Below are positions 27,661-35,764 of a stretch of 64,000 nt of DNA, in pieces. The position numbers and the translations under genes were made by a program. Position 1 is the stretch's first letter. Every line of letters begins with the position of its first letter. The stretch lies in contig JBGSQF010000004.1 of the NCBI GenBank assembly GCA_041738235.1, positions 6,215 through 70,214 of the forward strand, read 5' to 3'. Below the pieces are notes generated by a model. The model ran no database searches. It worked only from the letters and a program-made list of their open reading frames with translations, and was not told the origin of the DNA. This stretch comes from Minisyncoccia bacterium (GTDB lineage: Bacteria; Patescibacteriota; Minisyncoccia; Moranbacterales; GCA-2747515).

Positions 27661-29184
27661 CTACTCTTTCCGAAATCGATATTGTGCCGCTTCGGCGATA
27701 TGGCTCTCGGCGATAATTTCAGACCCTTCCAAATCGGCAATGGTACGCGCCACTTTGATCAATCGAAAATAGCCACGGGCACTAAGAGAAAGTGAGGAGA
27801 TAAGCCTTCGAAGAAGCGTTTGACACTCCTCGCTCAAAGTACAATATTGCTCAATATGTTTTCGACCCATCTCACTATTGGTAAGGATTGAATCTCCAGC
27901 AAAGCGACGGTACTGTCGCTCCCGAGCACTTTCCACGCGTTTTCGAATATTGGCACTTTTCTCTCCTTTCCGAACGTTTTGGAGATGCTCAACCTTCACT
28001 CTCGGGACTTCCACCTGCAGATCAATGCGATCCAGTAGCGGACCCGATATTTTTTTCTGGTAGTTAAGGATTTGATTGGGCGAGCACGAACACATGACTT
28101 CACTATCCCCATGATTCCCACAGGGACATGGATTCATCGCCGCAACTAACATACAGTTGGCCGGGAAGGTAAATGACCCTTTGGCACGAGACACCACGAT
28201 CGTGCCTTCTTCTAAGGGTTGTCGCAATGTTTCGAGTACCGACCGTGAAAACTCCGCAAACTCATCGAGAAAAAGAACCCCCCGATGTGCCAAAGAGATC
28301 TCCCCCGGCTTGGGAACCGATCCCCCTCCCACAAGCGATACCGCACTGGCGCTATGATGAGGACTTCGGAAAGGTCGCGTATGAAGGAGTGCTGTATCTT
28401 TAGGAAGAAGCCCCGAGGCGGAAAATATTTTGGTGATCTCCAGCGACTCTTCCAAAGTAAGCCGTGGCAGTATTCCCGCACTTGCCCGCGCCAACATCGT
28501 TTTCCCACTACCGGGACTGCCAGCAAGAAGGATGTTGTGCCCGCCAGCCGCCGCTATCTCCAAAGCGCGTTTTGCCTGTTCTTGTCCGGCAACCTCTGCC
28601 ATATCTTCTCCCTGAAAGTCTTCCTCGTACTCTCCATGCCCAGAAAATACGGCCGAATCGATCAGGTTCTTTTTTTCTAGGTGAAGAACGAGTTGTCTCA
28701 GAGAATCCACCGGAAACACCGAGATGCCCTTCACAACACTGCACTCCCGCACATTTTCTCGCGGAACATAAAGCTCCTCAAACCCTTTCTCTTTAGCCAA
28801 AAGCGCTAGCATCAACCCTCCGTGAATTGGTCGAACCGTACCGTCCAGCGACAACTCCCCGGCAAATAGTTTCCCACGATAATCAAAAGAAACCTGATCC
28901 GTGATCAACAAAAATCCCATCGCCATCGGCAAATCATAGACCGGACCTACCTTTGGCACATCGGCAGGAGCCAGGTTGACCGTTACCCGCCCCGAAAGAT
29001 ATGGGGGATTGAACCCGCTATTCTTTAGTGCTGCTTCTACACGATTTTTTGCCTCCTTTACTGCGGCATCGGGAAGCCCCGCCAATATCAGGTTTGGCAT
29101 TCCACCACCCAAAACATCCGTCTCAACCTCGACCAACATCCCCTCAAGCCCCACCACAGCACCCGAATATACTTTAGATGGCAT
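27661..29184 (-). CDS. comM: Mg-chelatase-like AAA+ ATPase ComM/YifB
   Basis: It has Walker A ILLAGSPGSGKTMLA, Walker B VLFLDEFAEF, and an N-terminal Lon-like domain. Start trimmed to MPSKVYSGAVVGLEG. Confidence 0.85.
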   Translation of the reverse strand: MPSKVYSGAVVGLEGMLVEVETDVLGGGMPNLILAGLPDAAVKEAKNRVEAALKNSGFNPPYLSGRVTVNLAPADVPKVGPVYDLPMAMGFLLITDQVSFDYRGKLFAGELSLDGTVRPIHGGLMLALLAKEKGFEELYVPRENVRECSVVKGISVFPVDSLRQLVLHLEKKNLIDSAVFSGHGEYEEDFQGEDMAEVAGQEQAKRALEIAAAGGHNILLAGSPGSGKTMLARASAGILPRLTLEESLEITKIFSASGLLPKDTALLHTRPFRSPHHSASAVSLVGGGSVPKPGEISLAHRGVLFLDEFAEFSRSVLETLRQPLEEGTIVVSRAKGSFTFPANCMLVAAMNPCPCGNHGDSEVMCSCSPNQILNYQKKISGPLLDRIDLQVEVPRVKVEHLQNVRKGEKSANIRKRVESARERQYRRFAGDSILTNSEMGRKHIEQYCTLSEECQTLLRRLISSLSLSARGYFRLIKVARTIADLEGSEIIAESHIAEAAQYRFRKE

Positions 29185-29243
29185 ATTTCTGAGATAAAAA
29201 GGATAACACCCCACTCTACCAGACCCAGTCTGATCTTTCAAAT

Positions 29244-29666
29244 TTACTTCATCTGCTTGTCCTTCCAAACAACTATCGACCACGCCATGCACAGCGCCCC
29301 CAAAAAAAGAAGCCCGTCAGAAATATTAAAGACAAACCATCCAAAAAAGTCAAATATATCCCTTACACAACCGTAATACATTCTATCCAAAATATTTGAG
29401 ACCGCTCCGGCAAGAAACATCCCCAAACCCAGTAAAAAATATTGCCCTCCCCAGACTTCTCTCAAAAGAAAAGTGAAGTAGAAGAAGAGCAACAAACCAA
29501 CTACCGTCAAAAATAACCCCCATCCAGCAAAAAAACCGAAGGAAATACCCCCGTTGCAAATCCCGGAAAAACCAAAAAAAGCGCTTTTTGCCAATCGGTC
29601 GACAAAAAACAAACAAGTCGACGCAAAAAAAGCAAAAACCGCTTTCTTTAACATACCGCCGATCAA
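29244..29666 (-). CDS. lspA: lipoprotein signal peptidase II
   Basis: 140 aa with 4 TM. Motifs: NGGISFG (N.G.AFG-like) and VFNISDGLLFLGA (FNxAD box). Confidence 0.75.
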   Translation of the reverse strand: MIGGMLKKAVFAFFASTCLFFVDRLAKSAFFGFSGICNGGISFGFFAGWGLFLTVVGLLLFFYFTFLLREVWGGQYFLLGLGMFLAGAVSNILDRMYYGCVRDIFDFFGWFVFNISDGLLFLGALCMAWSIVVWKDKQMK

Positions 29667-29669
29667 AGA

Positions 29670-30020
29670 TTAAACATCAGCGCAAGTCCGAGCCATTGGA
29701 AGAGCTTCTAATCGTTCTCTTGGGATCTCTCTTCCCGTTTTTTCGCAGATACCATAAGTTCCAGCGTCTATTTTTGCCAGTGCATCCAACGCATCCCTCA
29801 GATTAGCCTCCAAGGATCTCTCCAAAGATCGATTATTGTCATTGATCTCTGTTTCTGTCGCACTATCATCCATATCACTTCCCAGATTCTCCTCGATCGT
29901 CCTATATTCCCCTTCCTCTCCGAATGGTTTTGCAAAACGAGAAAGATCATTTTCAAGTGATTTCTTTTCTTCCAACAACCTTTCCCTCATATTTTCCAAA
30001 AATTCTTTATCGTATGCCAT
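29670..30020 (-). CDS. DksA/TraR-family C4-type zinc-finger-like protein (Cys set incomplete)
   Basis: It has a coiled-coil N-terminus. The C-terminus, DALAKIDAGTYGICEKTGREIPRERLEALPMARTC, resembles the DksA/TraR finger but has only two Cys. Confidence 0.55.
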   Translation of the reverse strand: MAYDKEFLENMRERLLEEKKSLENDLSRFAKPFGEEGEYRTIEENLGSDMDDSATETEINDNNRSLERSLEANLRDALDALAKIDAGTYGICEKTGREIPRERLEALPMARTCADV

Positions 30021-30093
30021 ACACTTTTCTTAAAGATTATTGGACCCATTTCTAAACTACGCCTATTAGTATACAGAATATTCTCCCCTATGT

Positions 30094-30498
30094 CTACAAA
30101 AAAATATTCTTCAGATGTTTGATGTCTACGCTCCTCCCTTTTTCATAAGTAATACCAATAACATCAAAGCGATATTTCTCTCCCATTTTTTTATTTTCAG
30201 TTAAATAGCGAAATGAGCTTTGTTGTAAATGGGCGATCTTGTGCACATCTACAAACATCTCAGGCGGAAGATCATACTTTCCAAGGCGTTTTCTTGTCTT
30301 GACCTCCACAAAAACGATCTCTTGCTCATCCTGCGCTATAATATCGATCTCACCAACACGATACCCCCTCTTATTAACATAGTTTCTTTCCAAGATCCTA
30401 TAGCCCAACTTCTTAAGAAACTGCTCTGCAATATCTTCCCCCTTTTGCCCCCATTTGTGAGAATTGCCCAATTTTTTTGGAAAAAATAGTTTAAACAT
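30094..30498 (-). CDS. yraN: YraN-family (UPF0102) endonuclease
   Basis: Motifs are GEDIAEQFLKKLGYRILERNY..GEIDIIAQDEQEIVFVEVKTR. The track start 30504 is a TTG; ATG 30498 was preferred. Confidence 0.8.
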   Translation of the reverse strand: MFKLFFPKKLGNSHKWGQKGEDIAEQFLKKLGYRILERNYVNKRGYRVGEIDIIAQDEQEIVFVEVKTRKRLGKYDLPPEMFVDVHKIAHLQQSSFRYLTENKKMGEKYRFDVIGITYEKGRSVDIKHLKNIFL

Positions 30499-30524
30499 GA
30501 TCAAAAATCCATATTATTATCTTG

Positions 30525-30544
30525 CTGGTATACTAGTATACCAG
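30525..30544. promoter_or_regulatory. perfect 20-bp palindrome CTGGTATACTAGTATACCAG carrying divergent extended -10 elements (TGgTATACT on both strands)
   Basis: It is self-complementary over 20 bp and lies 27 bp upstream of the yraN ATG on the minus strand. On the plus strand it faces a 667-bp non-coding region. The same TATACTAGTAT core recurs at 60648 and TATACTAG at 16921 and 54277. Confidence 0.6.
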
Positions 30545-30761
30545 ATATTAAAAAACAAAAAAACGGCCTTTCGCCGAATCTCTTCTTCTCAATATGCTCA
30601 AAAAGTGTTTTGACACCGGGCGCTGAGGCCCAAAATATATAATATATGGCTAGCGCCCGATGCTGTTGTCGCGACAACATTTCGTTTCGGATGCCCGGGT
30701 GAGAGCATCTCTTTAAACTCAATGTTTTTTGTTCACGACTGGTTTAGTTCCCCATCCCCCG

Positions 30762-30786
30762 GTGATCCTATCACCTTTTTTAAAGA
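30762..30786 (+). terminator. weak rho-independent terminator-like hairpin
   Basis: CCCCC-GGTGAT-cct-ATCACC is followed by TTTTTTAAAG. It would end a ~230-nt plus-strand transcript initiated at the 30525 palindrome. Confidence 0.35.
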
Positions 30787-31171
30787 GCTAACTGTGCGCT
30801 TTTTTGTTTGTTTTTGTTTTGCGCTTTTTGGGAACTCCCACGCGCGAGAGTTTTTCTTTTCATTCGAGAAAATTTCCCGGGCGTGGAAGTCCACCGTATT
30901 TTGTTTTTGTTTTTTTTGTTTGTGTCGATGCATTGATCGACTTTTTTTGAGGGGTCAGCAGAACCGACTTGATCACATGAACTATATGATCAAATCGGTT
31001 CTGCCGAAAGGAAAACTATTTTTAAAGTACTCCACTGATATGCATAGTATAGCACACTTTTTACCCCGAGTCAAAACTTACTCCCTTTTTCTTTCATTTA
31101 AGACAACTCTCTACTAAAATTTGTGTACAAACCTTCTACTATTAACTCACCAAAAAAAGTAAGTTACTTTT

Positions 31172-32503
31172 TTACGGCATTGCTATTTTTCCGTCCAACG
31201 TATCCAAAACGGCACGCAATGAACCTTTGCTGGAGGAAATAAGCAATGTATCTCTTCGAAATGTATAATCAAGGGAAAGGTCGTTACCCAGATCTATATT
31301 ATGGTAGCGAACAGCATACTCTCTATAGACTTGATCATTAAAAACCGCTTTTTCGGGATTACTTATAACCTTACCCATATAAATAGGCAAAAGGTCACTC
31401 ACCATCTCTGGCTCAATAGCAAGAAGTCCTGCCAAAGCAGAATCGCGAGAAGTTGTTTCTAATGCAACTGCCACACGCACTTCCGCTCCTTTTTTATCCA
31501 AGTAAACCCTTCCCTCGCCAGTTTCTTTTAAGAGAGCCTTGATAGATTCCGGAAGAGTTATCCCCAATTTATCCACCAACGCTTTACTTGAAACCGTTGT
31601 TAAATTATTGAGATTGTCCACAAAGTAAAATTCCAAAACGCCTTCACCCTTATACAGAGAAAAGTCATTTATCGCTTTTTCAATCTCAGAAAGAGCGCTC
31701 TTTCCACCTTGGTCATCGATAATAATAGTATTGGCAATCTTCCAATCATATTTAAAGGGTACCTCATTGCTTGGAGGAGTGACGGGATTGTTATCCACAA
31801 TAATAGGTAGCTGCTCTGGCGTAACCGGGGGCACCGCTCGACTCTTCCAATAGTAATAGCCTCCCCAAGCAATCAGCCCTATCAGCACGAACACCAGTAC
31901 TACAAAAAATACTTGAAATCCCCTCCCGGGAGATCCTCCTCGAACCGCCTTTTTTGGCATCACATCCAACTCATTCCTCCCAGAGTAATTTTCAACTGGC
32001 AAAGATTTTGGTAGATCATCCCCCAAAGTCGTCATTCCCATGCCATCAATAGACCGCGTAGCTCCATTTTGTACATTTCCCTCAACCTCTTTAATCGATT
32101 CTTTAATGGGGGACCCCACTTGATCGATACTTTCTTTCTGTTCTACAAACACAGGAGTCTCTTTTGAGAAAGCCCCGGTATCAATACCAGCAACATCTTT
32201 TGTGACATTCACAGACTCCTCTGGAGAAACAGCCTGAACATCCCCCTTCAAACCAAAAAAAGGCGAATTCTCAGGAATTTCAACCGCTTCTGGTATAGGA
32301 AGGTCTTGGCCCTGGGAGAGATCGTGTTGAGCAAAGTCTTTTTGAAAAACCCGATTCCCTTCCTTTTTAGAACTGGTGTTTGGAACGATCCCATCATATT
32401 TGGGAGAAGACGGTATGAAAGTTCGGATATTTTTTGGATCAATAACAACGTCGTCCAAATCATTCACGTTCGCATCTTGTATTTTGTTTTGTTTTGCAAA
32501 CAT
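31172..32503 (-). CDS. single-pass membrane protein, unknown function
   Basis: 443 aa. It has a disordered acidic N-terminal half, a TM (GFQVFFVVLVFVLIGLIAWGGYYYW), and a C-terminal ~200-aa ordered extracytoplasmic domain. Confidence 0.5.
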   Translation of the reverse strand: MFAKQNKIQDANVNDLDDVVIDPKNIRTFIPSSPKYDGIVPNTSSKKEGNRVFQKDFAQHDLSQGQDLPIPEAVEIPENSPFFGLKGDVQAVSPEESVNVTKDVAGIDTGAFSKETPVFVEQKESIDQVGSPIKESIKEVEGNVQNGATRSIDGMGMTTLGDDLPKSLPVENYSGRNELDVMPKKAVRGGSPGRGFQVFFVVLVFVLIGLIAWGGYYYWKSRAVPPVTPEQLPIIVDNNPVTPPSNEVPFKYDWKIANTIIIDDQGGKSALSEIEKAINDFSLYKGEGVLEFYFVDNLNNLTTVSSKALVDKLGITLPESIKALLKETGEGRVYLDKKGAEVRVAVALETTSRDSALAGLLAIEPEMVSDLLPIYMGKVISNPEKAVFNDQVYREYAVRYHNIDLGNDLSLDYTFRRDTLLISSSKGSLRAVLDTLDGKIAMP

Positions 32504-32567
32504 AGAAAATTTTTCAATTGATTGTATTGTACACCAATATCAAATGACTCGCAACACAACCCTATTT

Positions 32568-34703
32568 CTATGCAACCTTAGGCACATCTTTCATGGTCAA
32601 ATTTATTCTTCCCTGCTTATCAATTTCCTTTACCTTGACAGAAACCATATCTCCTACATTCACAACATCCTCTACACGTTCCACCCGCCTATCGGAAAGT
32701 TCGGATATGTGAACCAACCCCTCTTGTCCCGGTAAAATCTCCACAAAAGCACCAAAGTTCATAATACGCTTTACTTGTCCCTGAAATACCTCGCCGGCTC
32801 GAACCTCACGGGTAATATTACGTACCCACTCCTCGGCTTTCTTAGCACTTATCTCGTCAGTTGACGTAATAAAAACCAATCCGTCATCTTCAATATCGAT
32901 CTCAACTCCAGTCTCATCAATGATCTGATTTATCACCTTTCCTCCAGGGCCGATGACATCACGTATCTTTTCTGGGTTGATATGGATCGTAATGATCCTC
33001 GGTGCATATGGGGACATCTCCTTTCTCGGTCCAGAAAGCAAAGCCTCGATCATGTCCAAGATCTCCAGGCGGTTTACATGCGATTGTTTTAAGACAGCAG
33101 CTAACATCTCCGTATTTACTCCATCAACCTTTACATCCATCTGCAAAGCCGTCACACCTTCTCGAGTCCCAGCCACCTTGAAGTCCATATCCCCAAAGTG
33201 ATCCTCCAAACCTTGAATATCTGTCAACACCTTAAACGCGGGAGCATTGCTCTCTTTATTCTGTGTGTCAATTATGATTCCCATAGCAATACCGCTCGCA
33301 GGAGCCTTAATAGGAACACCGGCGTCCATAAGAGCCAATGTAGACCCACATACCGACGCCATTGAAGAAGATCCGTTCGATTCCAATACCTCACTCACCA
33401 CTCGAATTGCATAGGGAAAATTCTCCTTTGAAGGAATAAGTGGCTCAATAGCACGCTCTGCGAGCGCTCCATGACCGATCTCTCTTCTGCCTGGTCCACG
33501 CATTGGACGCACTTCACCAACCGAGAAAGCGGGAAAGTTATAATGGTGCATGTACCGCTTCTTGACATCTGTTTCTTCCATCGTATCGATCAACTGCTCC
33601 ATGCCTGGTGCGCCTAGTGTGGCAACGCTTAACACTTGCGTCTCCCCTCGTGTGAACAACCCTGTTCCATGAGTTCTAGGTAGGACTCCTGCCTGACAGT
33701 TAATAGGTCGGAGCTGTGTTAATGTTCTGTGATCTGGACGCAATTCTTGTTCAAGAACGTTTTTGTGAACCAATTCGTCGGCCACTGTATCGATAATGAT
33801 CTCTGCTGCCTCCTTCATCTTACCTCGATTCTCTTCTGGAACACTCTCTTTTACAAAGGTAAAAACGGCATCTCGTATCATTGACAATCTCTCGTATTTT
33901 TTAGCCTTTTCTTCTTGACTATACAAAGCATCTTCATATTCCTTTTCTTCCAATATAGACCGTATGCTCTTCTCAAAATCCTCCTCCCAAGAAACCATGA
34001 TCGGTGTTGCCTTCTCTTTTCCAGCTTCCAAACGAATACCTTCGACAAAATCCACGATCTTCTCGATCGCTTGTTGTCCAAACGCAAATGCCTCTACCAC
34101 TTTTTCCTCAGAAACTTCCTTTGCCCCCGCTTCCACCATGTTTATCTTATTCTTCGTTCCAGATATTGCTAGATCCAAAATACTTTCCTCTCGCTCGCTT
34201 TGTATGGGATTAAGAATAAATCCTTCACCATTCATCCCCACTCGAACAGCTGCAACTGGTCCACTCCACGGAATATCAGAGAGATGAAGCGCCGTAGAGG
34301 CGGCAACGATAGCAACAATATCTGGATCATTTTCTTGGTCAATGGACAGCACGGTCACAACAACCTGCACATCATTTCGCATGCGCATATCAAAGAGCGG
34401 TCGAATTGTTCGATCTACCAAGCGCCCCGTCAATACTGCTTCATCCGTTGGGCGCCCTTCTCGTTTTACAAAACGACTCCCTTTGATCTTGCCAGATGCA
34501 TAAAAACGCTCCTCATAATCCACCATAAGTGGAAAATATCCCGAAACAAAGGAAGCGCCCCTGCTCATCGTTGCAGTTGCCAACACCACTGTATCACCAT
34601 AGCTCACTCTCACCGAACCATTTGCCTGCTTAGCAAGCATTCCCGTTTCAATAACCAGGTCTCTTCCTCCAATTTGGAGCGTCCATTTTTTTACCTCTTG
34701 CAT
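32568..34703 (-). CDS. pnp: polyribonucleotide nucleotidyltransferase (PNPase)
   Basis: It has two RNase PH domains plus KH and S1 (C-terminal EVFQGQVKRIMNFGAFVEILPGQEGLVHISEL). Start trimmed to MQEVKKWTLQIGGRDLVIETG (34703). Confidence 0.95.
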   Translation of the reverse strand: MQEVKKWTLQIGGRDLVIETGMLAKQANGSVRVSYGDTVVLATATMSRGASFVSGYFPLMVDYEERFYASGKIKGSRFVKREGRPTDEAVLTGRLVDRTIRPLFDMRMRNDVQVVVTVLSIDQENDPDIVAIVAASTALHLSDIPWSGPVAAVRVGMNGEGFILNPIQSEREESILDLAISGTKNKINMVEAGAKEVSEEKVVEAFAFGQQAIEKIVDFVEGIRLEAGKEKATPIMVSWEEDFEKSIRSILEEKEYEDALYSQEEKAKKYERLSMIRDAVFTFVKESVPEENRGKMKEAAEIIIDTVADELVHKNVLEQELRPDHRTLTQLRPINCQAGVLPRTHGTGLFTRGETQVLSVATLGAPGMEQLIDTMEETDVKKRYMHHYNFPAFSVGEVRPMRGPGRREIGHGALAERAIEPLIPSKENFPYAIRVVSEVLESNGSSSMASVCGSTLALMDAGVPIKAPASGIAMGIIIDTQNKESNAPAFKVLTDIQGLEDHFGDMDFKVAGTREGVTALQMDVKVDGVNTEMLAAVLKQSHVNRLEILDMIEALLSGPRKEMSPYAPRIITIHINPEKIRDVIGPGGKVINQIIDETGVEIDIEDDGLVFITSTDEISAKKAEEWVRNITREVRAGEVFQGQVKRIMNFGAFVEILPGQEGLVHISELSDRRVERVEDVVNVGDMVSVKVKEIDKQGRINLTMKDVPKVA

Positions 34704-34814
34704 AAAACGCCTTGGTCCTGAGAATACCGTAATATACACGTCTCAGAGCGCAAACAACGATCTGGGATGTGCCTACAACGACACTTCTCAGGGATACTTA
34801 ACAAATAAAAAAAC

Positions 34815-35339
34815 TCACTTCTTCTTGTGAAACTTTCTCTCAGCCACAAGATACTTCGACTTGTCCGCGGAAAGGTCGATAAAATCATCCACCGCCTCAC
34901 GCAACTTTGCACTTGTGGACTCCCCGAAGGCAATTGCCTCCACACGACAACCGGCCGTATTCTGCAAATATTCCACCAAAGGAACATAGTCTCCGTCGCC
35001 CGAGACCAGGACTATAACATCAAGACTTTTTGAGAGTTTAACAGCATCCACTGTAATACCTACGTCCCAATCACCTTTTTTTGCCCCACCGGGGAATATC
35101 TGAAGATCCTTGGTCTTCATCTCGTAACCACTCTTTTCCATAGCCTCAAAGAAGGGTTCTTCAGACCCCTCTTCTGTTTTGATGCCATACGCAATAGCGC
35201 GAATCAACTTTCTCTCGCTTACGGCATCTTCCAATACCTGCTTAAAATTCACTTTTTTCCCATACAAAACACGGGCGCTATAATACAAGTTCTGTATATC
35301 CACCAATACGCCAACGCGTTGTTCTATAAATTTTGCCAT
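34815..35339 (-). CDS. NYN-domain (LabA-like) predicted RNase
   Basis: 174 aa. Motifs: GVLVDIQNLYYS and VLVSGDGDYVPLV (conserved Asp triad of NYN/PIN-like nucleases). Confidence 0.75.
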   Translation of the reverse strand: MAKFIEQRVGVLVDIQNLYYSARVLYGKKVNFKQVLEDAVSERKLIRAIAYGIKTEEGSEEPFFEAMEKSGYEMKTKDLQIFPGGAKKGDWDVGITVDAVKLSKSLDVIVLVSGDGDYVPLVEYLQNTAGCRVEAIAFGESTSAKLREAVDDFIDLSADKSKYLVAERKFHKKK

Positions 35340-35381
35340 ACTTTGTTTTCAAAAACAGAAAAACCTTTCAACAAGATAGCT

Positions 35382-35651
35382 CTATTTCTTCAAACCAAGC
35401 TTCTTGATCACCTTCTTATACGTCTTTTCATCTGTCTTTTCAAGATAGGTAAGCATTCTTCGTCTCTTTGAGACCATCCCCAATAAACCCCGTCTTGAGT
35501 GATTATCATTCTTGTTCTTTTTGAGATGAAGTGTCAACCTTCGAATCTCCTCAGTAAAAAGACCGATCTGATATTCCGGGGATCCAGTATCAGAATCGTG
35601 TCTCTGAAATGTCTTTGTAACCTTCTTCTTTTGCGCAGTTGAGAGTGCCAT
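35382..35651 (-). CDS. rpsO: 30S ribosomal protein S15
   Basis: 89 aa. Motifs: GSPEYQIGLFTEEIRRLTLHLKKNKNDNHSRRGLLGMVSKRRRMLTYL. Confidence 0.9.
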   Translation of the reverse strand: MALSTAQKKKVTKTFQRHDSDTGSPEYQIGLFTEEIRRLTLHLKKNKNDNHSRRGLLGMVSKRRRMLTYLEKTDEKTYKKVIKKLGLKK

Positions 35652-35764
35652 AAGTGGTACTTCAGCAAAGTATGCGTTCTGCCAATCAGCAAACCCACAC
35701 CCGCTATACTCTAAAAATTAATACCCTCACAATAACAGACTATTCCTTATATTGCAAGCAGACT

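Noticed and set aside
30722-31117. ORF 30722..31117 (131 aa).
   Set aside because: It has a Cys/Phe low-complexity composition produced by T/G-rich non-coding DNA. It lies in a hairpin-rich intergenic region.
30505-31171. RNase P RNA, SRP RNA, tmRNA or 6S RNA in the long yraN-upstream gap.
   Set aside because: I looked for GGAAAGTCCGGGC / CAGAAACCCGGCTTA (RNase P), GUCAGGUCCGGAAGGAAGCAGC (SRP domain IV) and the tRNA-like GGTTCGA...CCA end of tmRNA. Only weak partial resemblances were found, for example GGAAGTCCACC and CAGAACCGA. It is kept as an unassigned candidate ncRNA instead.
31152-31171. Terminator hairpin AAAAAAGTAA-gt-TTACTTTTTT downstream of the 31172..32503 gene.
   Set aside because: The stem is entirely A/T and too weak to call. 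It may just be an A/T-rich stop context.
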